Of a stretch of DNA of 17,400 nucleotides, positions 1 through 7,750 are shown piece by piece. How positions within the stretch are numbered: the first letter of the stretch is position 1; each line of letters opens with the position of its first letter. Under the pieces are notes generated by a model. That model saw nothing but the letters and a program-made list of their open reading frames with translations. It was not told where the DNA came from and ran no database searches. This DNA comes from Waddliaceae bacterium (lineage in GTDB: Bacteria > Chlamydiota > Chlamydiia > Chlamydiales > Waddliaceae), in NCBI GenBank assembly GCA_963724325.1, contig CAVRUH010000002.1:1-17400 (forward strand), given 5' to 3'. A program made the position numbers and the translations under genes.

Positions 1-1073
1 ACAATAACATCAAAAATCTTTTTATCATTAATGCCCAAGTGTTCAATGTATTTTCCTATCAAAAATAGATTTAATTCGTCCGCAATTTTTGCAATGGAAA
101 TGATGTTATCTTGCTTCTTGATTCTAAATTCTTTAAATTGCTCGAAAAAATAACTTTTGTGTGAAGAGTTTTTAAGAAAAATTTTAGCTATTTTAAATCG
201 ATCATCATCGTTTACTATTTCAAAAATCTTAAGTTCATTTAGCTTGCTAAACAAACTGTTAGAAACAACGGCTTTAGTAAAAAGGACTTTTAATGTTTGA
301 TTGGTTGTATTTGCAATAAAATCGATAAGAACTTTTCTTCGCTTGCTATCTTTGTGCATATGGTCACAAATGCATTTTAGAAGATTTAGATCATTTGTTC
401 GGAGCTTAATACCCGAATAAAGAATTTCAAAATCCTGGGGTTGAATATATTCACTACAGGGAAAAGTTTTCATAAATAAAATTTCTATGCCTTTATAATC
501 ATTTTCATCTGCAGGGTATTGGGTATTTAAGCTTTCGATGAATGCGGACATCAAATTTTCTTTATTTGGTTTTTGAGTGTATGTGAGCATTGAGCGCGAC
601 TTACTAAGGAAGAGGGAATTGCATTCGTACATGTGTCGTGTATGTTGATTAAAGAATTTTATCATTGAATTATTTACAAAGACGCGGATTGCTTTAATCC
701 CACTCTTAGTTGCCTTTTCGAATATTCTTTGTAACATAGTTGTGCCGATCTTAAAATTCTGAAGTTGTTTCATCACCACTATTTGTGTGATTGCCCAACA
801 ATTATCGAATTCGGGACTTACCAGCGCATAGCCTAACAATTCTCTAGTATCTAAATCTTTTACTAATATTTTGGAGACTTTGGGATCACTAAAGCTGTGC
901 TTCGCAAAATTAAGATCGTCAGCCTGCCAACCTACGGTTTTTTGGATTTCGGCAACTTCTTTCATGAGGTTATTAACTTTTTGTGCCTCGATTTCATTCC
1001 GAAGTTTACAACGGAAGTGTTTTCCTTGCTGATTTAGAATTCTGCGACTTTCTAGTAAGGCGACACTGAACAT
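1..1073 (-). CDS. GNAT N-acetyltransferase domain fused to C-terminal helical repeats (partial, runs off left edge)
   Basis: Not in the ORF track. Manual translation from ATG at 1073 gives 357 codons with no stop up to the edge (MFSVALLESRRILNQQGKHF...). Residues ~69-141 (ILVKDLDTRELLGYALVSPEFDNCWAITQIVVMKQLQNFKIGTTMLQRIFEKATKSGIKAIRVFVNNSMIKFF) follow the GNAT beta-beta-beta/motif A/motif B pattern. The C-terminal part has ~30-32 aa repeats with IAKI. Confidence 0.7.
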   Translation of the reverse strand, partial: MFSVALLESRRILNQQGKHFRCKLRNEIEAQKVNNLMKEVAEIQKTVGWQADDLNFAKHSFSDPKVSKILVKDLDTRELLGYALVSPEFDNCWAITQIVVMKQLQNFKIGTTMLQRIFEKATKSGIKAIRVFVNNSMIKFFNQHTRHMYECNSLFLSKSRSMLTYTQKPNKENLMSAFIESLNTQYPADENDYKGIEILFMKTFPCSEYIQPQDFEILYSGIKLRTNDLNLLKCICDHMHKDSKRRKVLIDFIANTTNQTLKVLFTKAVVSNSLFSKLNELKIFEIVNDDDRFKIAKIFLKNSSHKSYFFEQFKEFRIKKQDNIISIAKIADELNLFLIGKYIEHLGINDKKIFDVI

Positions 1074-1205
1074 TATCTGATCCATTTTATTATTAATGTG
1101 ATCAATAATATCATTTTCCATAATTCAATGCTACCGTAGAAAGTTCGGTATCCTGAAATGGCACATCTGTGATATGGTCGATTCAACCAAAAAGGGAGAA
1201 AGAAA

Positions 1206-2711
1206 ATGCACACATTTGCTACAGATTGTTCAAGAGGCTTCCTGGATGGGAAATACCTATATCGAGATAAAGAAGGTCTCCACCCAAAAAAAGTGGACGG
1301 CAATTACTATATCGATGGATTTGCTAATTACCCAATCAAAGTTCAAATTCCGGTTCATTTGATCAAAGAATTTCTCAAGCATATTCAGGATCCCCAGACA
1401 TACAAATGTTTAAAAATTCAAGCTAATATTTGTTATCCTTATAGCATGTGCTACGAACTCGATGTCGTTTTTTTTGAACGGATTGCTTTTTGTTTAGAAA
1501 AATATCTGGAAATAGCAAAAAATAATCCAAAACTTGATTCAAATACCCATTTAAACATGGCTCATAAGGCCTATCTAAACACACTTGATGAAGCAGATCA
1601 TGAGAAGTATATTAATAGCTATGAACCAATAGCTAAAGAAAAGAATGGCATAATGTCGGTTGTTTTTTCTGTAGGACATGCAGGGGCATCCAATGTACTT
1701 TGGCAAGAAAGATCATTTAATTGGAATGCTTTACCAATAGATCTCACAATAAAGAAATTTACAGTCAATGATTATACGCCTCTTTTCGTCAAAATGAAAT
1801 TGGTTCATGATATACATGAGGCTTTCTTCAAAATCAAAAAGAAAAAAGAACTTCTATCATTAGAATTCGATAGTAATACTAGAGGAAAATGGGGTCTTAC
1901 AATCCGTCAAAAACAACCTTGCCTCACTCCCAATGATTTCCTTTCAATAGCCCTCAAAAAAGGTAATGCGGAAATGGTTCATTGTGCCTTGTCGCTTGGC
2001 GGGAAGCCTGAGAGAGAAGCGCTGCATCATGCGTGCGAGTCAGGATATCTAGATGTTGTCAAAGAACTCTTGGACGCTAACATGGATATCAATTGCATGG
2101 ATAGTGTTTGGGGATATACTCCACTTCATAGAGCTTGTCTCTTTGGGAGAGTTGGCATAGTTGAAGAGTTAATTAAACGTGGCGCAGACATTGAAAAAGC
2201 ATCAAGAACACAACAGCGCAGTTTACCACTTCAATATGCTGTCGAAAGCAAGAGTATCGACTGCGTTAAATTTCTTCTCAATGCTGGCGCTAAGAAGCGT
2301 AATTATCTATCTTTGGCCGCAAGCATTGAGGATTATGAAATGGTTAAATTGCTATTGGAGTCTGGAGCAAATGTTAAGGATGAACCAAATGCTGTGTTGA
2401 ATGCTATAGGCTGTCCAGAGGTGATGCGATTATTAATTAGTTATGGTGCAGCTGTAGATCATCCAAGTTTTAATGGATATCCAATTCAAAAGGCCGCCTG
2501 GTTCGGATATTTTGACTCCGTAAAAATATTACTTAATGCAGGGGCTAATCCAAATTCTGTTACTAAAGACCACAAAAATACTGCACTGGAGATCGCAAAA
2601 TGGGTGTTAAATGATCGACGCACTAATCCGCAAGATCCTCCTGAAGTCACAAAGAATAATATCAAGGAACTTGAGCAGATAATCCAACTGCTCGAAAACT
2701 TGAAAAAATAA
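1206..2711 (+). CDS. Ankyrin-repeat protein with unrecognised ~240-aa N-terminal domain
   Basis: 501-aa ORF with about 7 ankyrin repeats in the C-terminal half (ALHHACESGYLDVVKELL, GYTPLHRACLFGRVGIVEELIKRGADIE, YPIQKAAWFGYFDSVKILLNAGANPN). GGAG Shine-Dalgarno at 1195-1198. Confidence 0.9.
   Translation: MHTFATDCSRGFLDGKYLYRDKEGLHPKKVDGNYYIDGFANYPIKVQIPVHLIKEFLKHIQDPQTYKCLKIQANICYPYSMCYELDVVFFERIAFCLEKYLEIAKNNPKLDSNTHLNMAHKAYLNTLDEADHEKYINSYEPIAKEKNGIMSVVFSVGHAGASNVLWQERSFNWNALPIDLTIKKFTVNDYTPLFVKMKLVHDIHEAFFKIKKKKELLSLEFDSNTRGKWGLTIRQKQPCLTPNDFLSIALKKGNAEMVHCALSLGGKPEREALHHACESGYLDVVKELLDANMDINCMDSVWGYTPLHRACLFGRVGIVEELIKRGADIEKASRTQQRSLPLQYAVESKSIDCVKFLLNAGAKKRNYLSLAASIEDYEMVKLLLESGANVKDEPNAVLNAIGCPEVMRLLISYGAAVDHPSFNGYPIQKAAWFGYFDSVKILLNAGANPNSVTKDHKNTALEIAKWVLNDRRTNPQDPPEVTKNNIKELEQIIQLLENLKK
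2637..2711 (+). repeat. Direct repeat copy 1 (last 75 bp of the ankyrin gene)
   Basis: 68/75 identical, ungapped, to 3018-3092. Confidence 0.95.
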
Positions 2712-2721
2712 GCAATTGCAT

Positions 2722-2974
2722 AGTAAGCGTCAAAATGGGTTAGTTTGACGCTTACGTATTTCCGGTTTGGAGTGACCCAATTTATTGGGTCTTTTTCCGA
2801 GCCGAATTTATTCGGCTCGGTGGAGGGCGACACCTTGCCCTCCTTAGGTGAATGGCGAAATCTTGCCATGCACAGGGCCGAATAAATTCAGCCCTGAAAA
2901 AGACCTAATGAATTAGGTCACTCCAAATTAGACTGAGCGTTTAGTTAGGCAACGGCTCCGGTTTGACGCTTACT
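2722..2974. mobile_element. Nested palindromic non-autonomous element (MITE/REPIN-like)
   Basis: Outer 13-bp inverted repeat AGTAAGCGTCAAA (2722-2734) / TTTGACGCTTACT (2962-2974), with a further copy forming the hairpin 2723-2755. Inner 57-bp inverted repeat 2766-2822 / 2871-2927 (49/57) and six local hairpins. The structure is directly visible; mobility is inferred. Confidence 0.6.
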
Positions 2975-3017
2975 TTTTGACTGCGACATTGTCTAAAAAT
3001 GCCCTCGCCCATGCAAC

Positions 3018-3092
3018 CCTCCTGAAGTCACGAAGAATATAATCAATAGACTTGAGCAGACAATCCAACTGCTCGAAAACTTGAAAAAATAA
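3018..3092 (+). repeat. Direct repeat copy 2: orphan copy of the ankyrin gene 3' end (PPEVTKNIINRLEQTIQLLENLKK*)
   Basis: 68/75 identical to 2637-2711. No in-frame start codon; an in-frame TAA lies upstream at 2994-2996. Confidence 0.95.
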
Positions 3093-3103
3093 TAAAGTTT
3101 ATA

Positions 3104-3131
3104 GATGGAAAGGGGATGGTCCCTTTCCATC
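3104..3131. terminator. Terminator-like hairpin
   Basis: Perfect 11-bp stem GATGGAAAGGG (3104-3114) / CCCTTTCCATC (3121-3131) with a 6-nt loop, 11 nt after the duplicated stop codon. No good U-tract on the + strand. Confidence 0.5.
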
Positions 3132-3200
3132 AGGTTCAGATAGTGAGTGCAAAAGAATCTATTTTTATGGTATTCTACAGCTAAAAATGTATCTTTGAAA

Positions 3201-4442
3201 ATGGCACAGACTCAGCATAGTTCTTATAGGCAGCTTTTAACCATACTGATGGTTGTATTTTTAGGTTTTTTGGGCATTTCCATGCCTTATTTAATTTTTC
3301 CAGCTTTGTTTTTGAATCCAGATTATTCCATAATACCTTCTACATGGAGCCATTCAAGCCACGCTTTGTTCTTGGGAATTACTCTTGCGGCTTATCCACT
3401 AGGTCAGTTTCTTGGATCACCAATATTAGGTGCTCTTTCAGATGATTATGGACGCAAACCACTATTGACTTGGAGTTTGGTGGTCGCTGCCATATGCAAT
3501 CTATTGACAGGCCTCGCGATAGGATGGCAACAGCTGACACTTGTCATCTTAAGCCGTTTTGCTGCTGGTATGATGGAGGGTAATGTTGCCATTGCCCGTG
3601 CAATGGCTGCTGACATCAAGTCAATCCCCAAGCATGAAACTTTTGGGAAGATCAATGCTGCTGTATCTATTGCATATCTCCTTGGACCGCTCTTGGGAGG
3701 TCTTTTGGCTGACAATCAAATTTATGAAGGGGTAACAAGTTCAACACCTTTTTATATTATCAGCATCCTTTTTATTGCTCTTGCATTATTGACAGCGCTG
3801 ATACTCGAGAATAAAAAAGCCCTTTCTTCAGACGAGGCGCCTAAGGAGAAAAGAAGTGTATGGGCCCGCTTTAGGCTTATGAAGAGAATGTCGTTTCTTT
3901 TTCAAAATCGACGTCTTAAATTTCTCATGATTTCTTCTACTTTTTTTACCTTGGCTGTAGACATCTTTTATGAATTTGGACCGGTCTATTTGACGGATAA
4001 GTGGGTTCTCGCTCCAGTGCAGCTTATTACTTACAATAGTATGGTATGTATTGCCCTGGCGGTGGGAAATGGATGGTTTGCGGGGTATTTTTCGAAGCGG
4101 TATCCAAGTCCTTTAGGAATTATCGGGGCCATGGGAGGATTTGCACTTTTTATGTTAGGGACAGTTTTAATAAATCAGCCCGTTTTGATGATGATGTTGT
4201 TTGGATTATGCGGCCTTGTCATTGGCCTTGGAGTGACTCTAATCACTGTTAAGATTTCAGACTCTGTTGCTGACAACATTCAAGGGGAAGTTATGGGTGT
4301 GCAATTATCACTGCGGGTGTTAGGTGATGCTGTCATCTGTCTGCTGGGCGGTGCGCTCCTCTTGCTTTCATCTAAACTTATATTAGTCTTAGCAGCGATC
4401 ATTTCTGCGGGCACAATGATTTACTATGCCCTGCAAAAATGA
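3201..4442 (+). CDS. MFS transporter (DHA1/TetA-like drug:H+ antiporter family)
   Basis: About 12 hydrophobic segments. MFS motif A GALSDDYGRKP, motif B LSRFAAG, motif C-like GPLLGG. The ORF track starts at GTG 3147; ATG 3201 is the more likely start. Confidence 0.9.
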   Translation: MAQTQHSSYRQLLTILMVVFLGFLGISMPYLIFPALFLNPDYSIIPSTWSHSSHALFLGITLAAYPLGQFLGSPILGALSDDYGRKPLLTWSLVVAAICNLLTGLAIGWQQLTLVILSRFAAGMMEGNVAIARAMAADIKSIPKHETFGKINAAVSIAYLLGPLLGGLLADNQIYEGVTSSTPFYIISILFIALALLTALILENKKALSSDEAPKEKRSVWARFRLMKRMSFLFQNRRLKFLMISSTFFTLAVDIFYEFGPVYLTDKWVLAPVQLITYNSMVCIALAVGNGWFAGYFSKRYPSPLGIIGAMGGFALFMLGTVLINQPVLMMMLFGLCGLVIGLGVTLITVKISDSVADNIQGEVMGVQLSLRVLGDAVICLLGGALLLLSSKLILVLAAIISAGTMIYYALQK

Positions 4443-4453
4443 TCATTGAATGC

Positions 4454-5872
4454 TTAACAAACGACCTTTTTGTTGTCAATTGCATGACGGAAGGTCTTTG
4501 CTAGAAACAAGGCAACTATCAGCCACATTCCAAGAAGTGGGAAACCGATCGTGCCGCTCAACATTAGATAATGACTTCTTCCGGCCACCGCACCAAATGC
4601 TGTTTGAAGGGGATTTAGCAACATATTGAAAAGAGACCCTGCCTCTTTTGATGCGCGTGATCCAAAAGTTTCAATCCAAGCCTGCGCCTTGAAGCGGACA
4701 TCTGAGGTTGTTGGAATGTACAGCTGTTTCAATGCAGGACCATTCAAGGCATAATTTATAGCCTTAGAGCCTACCATCAGAGCAAAAAGAAAAGAGAGAC
4801 TATCAATAGTCAAAAAGCTAAATAGAGCACATCCAACAATGATCGGCATGGCAACCAGCGCTACACCAATCCCTAAAAATCGGGTGACATTGCTGATTCC
4901 CAAAAGAAGGCATGTCAACGAAACAATATTTACACTAGATCCATAGATGCTAAGATAGTTGCTGAGAGCAACTCCAGAATACTGTGCGCCAGCTGCGACT
5001 TTAAAATTAAAATCGAAGATAGTTACAATCACCTCGTGTATAAAATTTGCTGCAAAGATTCCAAGTAAATAACGGTGTCCCAACATAAGCTTGAGTCCTT
5101 CCAAAAATCCAGGTTCTTGTTCACTTTCCGCCTGTTTTTCGTTTTTTCCATGAAATGAGGTCAGCAATTGACTGGGAGTGGCTCTCAAAAAATAACGAAC
5201 ACATGGAATGATGAGTAAAGTAAACACACCCAAGCATATTATCGATAATGTATCTGTTGTGAGTCCCAAACGATGAGGAAGTCCGCCAATACTGTAAGGA
5301 AAGATCACGCCGCCTATTTGTCCAATCGCGACGACAAGAGGGAATCCTCTTTTGGCTGGTGTTGGTTCTGTTGTATCGGTAGCAAAGGCCCAAAATAGAG
5401 CTACGACCAACGATCCAAAACTTTCGACAAACAGATACCAGGCATAGCCCAAAACTTTTGTCGCTATGAATGGTACTGTGGAACGTGCCGCGATTTCTTC
5501 TGGTGAAGACTGTGCCACCATCATAATTGCACCAAAAAGTAAAATGCAAAGACCATAAAAAGTAGGTAAAATGATAAGCATTTTTTCTCGTGAAGTTCTT
5601 TCTAGCAATTTTGTATAAAACATCACTAATGGCAATAGCGCCAATACAGACACTGTCTTTGCGTACGGCAAATGATGCTTGTCCACAAGATGGATAAAAA
5701 TTGCATCTTTTAATGGTCGCAACGTCCAGTATATTCCAATAATTAAGGCAAAAATCAGCCCCATTCTAAGAAATTTCTTAAATTCTTCTTTTTCAAAATC
5801 TCCAAAAATAAAACGGCAGATCCATTGAAAAAAAGACAAAATTCGTTCATTTATATTCACAAAACACCTCAT
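4454..5872 (-). CDS. NTT/TLC-family nucleotide transporter (Npt1/Npt2 ADP/ATP translocase family)
   Basis: 472 aa, about 12 TM segments. Family-type motifs EFKKFL, LRPLKDAIF, VESFGSLVVALFWAFA, LYIPT..RFKAQAWIETFGSRASK. Alternative start GTG at 5860, preceded by GAGGTG. Confidence 0.9.
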   Translation of the reverse strand: MRCFVNINERILSFFQWICRFIFGDFEKEEFKKFLRMGLIFALIIGIYWTLRPLKDAIFIHLVDKHHLPYAKTVSVLALLPLVMFYTKLLERTSREKMLIILPTFYGLCILLFGAIMMVAQSSPEEIAARSTVPFIATKVLGYAWYLFVESFGSLVVALFWAFATDTTEPTPAKRGFPLVVAIGQIGGVIFPYSIGGLPHRLGLTTDTLSIICLGVFTLLIIPCVRYFLRATPSQLLTSFHGKNEKQAESEQEPGFLEGLKLMLGHRYLLGIFAANFIHEVIVTIFDFNFKVAAGAQYSGVALSNYLSIYGSSVNIVSLTCLLLGISNVTRFLGIGVALVAMPIIVGCALFSFLTIDSLSFLFALMVGSKAINYALNGPALKQLYIPTTSDVRFKAQAWIETFGSRASKEAGSLFNMLLNPLQTAFGAVAGRSHYLMLSGTIGFPLLGMWLIVALFLAKTFRHAIDNKKVVC

Positions 5873-6184
5873 ATGCTGATTGTATTTATTATAATCGATT
5901 TCATAATTTATGTATTGTTGATATTATCTTATTTGAATATCGAAAATTTTAATTAACTAAGGACTTTTATATATCTAATGACTCAGATCCGTTTTGTCAC
6001 CACGCACGCTATTGCGCGGGTAAGTATTTCGGCGATATTGCACTTGTACTTGACAATGCCGCTTTAGATCGCCTTGTACTCGAATGGCGCCAAGTGTTTG
6101 GCTAATGGATTGTAAGGAAGTAAATTTTACAGTTCTCGGTTTTTTTTAATTATATAAAGCGTTATAATTCAAAAAAACAGGTGA

Positions 6185-7750
6185 ATGCAGCGTCCTATGT
6201 CAACAGAGAAATTTCCAATAGGGATTCAAGATTTTGAAACGGTTATTGCCGACGGGTATATCTACATCGATAAAACTCATTGGATTTATCAGTTGATAAC
6301 TCAGGGAAAATCTTATTTCCTATCGCGCCCTAGTCGATTCGGTAAATCTTTGCTTGTTTCAACGTTTGCGGCCCTTTTTTCAGCTAAAAGACATCTGTTT
6401 AAAAACTTGTGGATTGATCAATCCGATTATAAATGGGCAGATTATCCTATCATTCGGTTAGACATGTCCGGCATAAATAATCAAACACCTGAATTGTTTG
6501 AACGCTCATTAATTCGCACTTTAATGGGTATTGCTGCGGAACGGGGCCTAAGTTTAAGCGGTGAAACTTCATCGGACTATTTGTCTGATCTAATAAATCA
6601 AATGGCTGTAAACGAAAAAGTTGTCGTTCTTATAGATGAATATGATAAACCAATTATTGATCAACTGGATGATATAAATACCGCTAAAAAAAATTGCGAT
6701 ATTCTTCGTAGATTTTATACCATTCTCAAAGTTCATGATGCTAAAATAAAATTCCTATTTTTAACAGGTGTCACCAAGTTCTCTAAGGTGTCATTATTTT
6801 CAGGATTAAATAATTTGGATGATATTTCATTACGTGATGATACCGCTTGCTTGCTAGGACTTACCCAAAAAGAGATTACCAATTACTTTGACAAAGACCT
6901 TGCCATTATTGCAGAAAAAAGAGCGGAATCTATTGAGCAAGTTTACAATAAGCTTAAAGAGTGGTATAACGGTTACCGTTTTAGTAAATCTCCAAAATCT
7001 GAAAAAGTTTATAATCCATTATCCATCATGCAATTTCTGAAAACGGGTAGTATCGACAACTATTGGTTCAGCACAGCAACTCCTACATTTGCTCTCAAAA
7101 TGATTAAAGAGAAGGAATTTCCCGTTGCTAATTTTGAGTCTGCTGTCATTGTTGGTCGAAGTATAGACGAGAGTTACGAGATTGATAAAATTGACTTAGC
7201 GACACTGTTGTATCAAACTGGATATTTAACAATTAGCGATTATGACGAATCGGCCCAGCGGTATTTCCTTAGATTTCCTAATGAAGAGGTAAGACGTTCC
7301 TTTTTGGATCATCTTCTTCAAGAGTTCACATCATTATCTTCTTCACAGTCAGAGCCTTTATTGTATCAAATAGAAAGGGCGCTAAAATCAGAGAATTTTG
7401 ATCGCTTTTTTCAAGAGTTTAATATTTTGTTGTCGAGTATTCCATATGCTATCCAAATTCCTAAAGAGGCTTATTATCACTCACTTCTTTACTCCATTCT
7501 TCGTAGTCTTGGTTTTGATGTAACTTCGGAAGTCATGACATCCAGAGGACGAATTGACATGGTATTTATATTTCAAAATTATTGTTTCATTTTTGAATTT
7601 AAAATAGATAGTACATCCGCCAGCGCTTTAGAGCAAATAAAGCAACGTAAGTACTACGAAAAGTACTCGGGTAAAAAAGTTATTCTCATTGGGGCCAATT
7701 TCGACTCCAAATCGAGGTCAATTTCCGATTGGATAACAGAAATTATTTAA
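6185..7750 (+). CDS. AAA-ATPase-like domain + PD-(D/E)XK nuclease superfamily 9 protein
   Basis: PIGIQDFE..YIYIDKT N-terminus, Walker A SRPSRFGKS, Walker B VVLIDEYDKP, FLTGVTKFSK, YNGY, VYNP, LLYQTGYLTI, PNEEV. C-terminal EAYYHSL..GRIDMV..FIFEFK..ALEQIKQRKY. Confidence 0.92.
   Translation: MQRPMSTEKFPIGIQDFETVIADGYIYIDKTHWIYQLITQGKSYFLSRPSRFGKSLLVSTFAALFSAKRHLFKNLWIDQSDYKWADYPIIRLDMSGINNQTPELFERSLIRTLMGIAAERGLSLSGETSSDYLSDLINQMAVNEKVVVLIDEYDKPIIDQLDDINTAKKNCDILRRFYTILKVHDAKIKFLFLTGVTKFSKVSLFSGLNNLDDISLRDDTACLLGLTQKEITNYFDKDLAIIAEKRAESIEQVYNKLKEWYNGYRFSKSPKSEKVYNPLSIMQFLKTGSIDNYWFSTATPTFALKMIKEKEFPVANFESAVIVGRSIDESYEIDKIDLATLLYQTGYLTISDYDESAQRYFLRFPNEEVRRSFLDHLLQEFTSLSSSQSEPLLYQIERALKSENFDRFFQEFNILLSSIPYAIQIPKEAYYHSLLYSILRSLGFDVTSEVMTSRGRIDMVFIFQNYCFIFEFKIDSTSASALEQIKQRKYYEKYSGKKVILIGANFDSKSRSISDWITEII

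Noticed and set aside
1073..1362. Short ORFs 1073-1303 (-) and 1174-1362 (+)
   Set aside because: Both overlap the ankyrin gene start in other frames and show no protein-like features.
2486..2869. 127-aa minus-strand ORF
   Set aside because: It is antisense to the ankyrin gene and runs through the palindromic element; most likely a shadow ORF.
2722..2974. CRISPR array or tRNA
   Set aside because: The repeats are inverted rather than regularly spaced direct repeats with unique spacers; there is no cloverleaf or T-loop motif and no cas gene.
2637..3092. DGR template/variable repeat pair at the ankyrin gene 3' end
   Set aside because: The 7 mismatches are not adenine-specific in either copy (3/7 have A in copy 1, 2/7 in copy 2), and there is no reverse transcriptase in the window.
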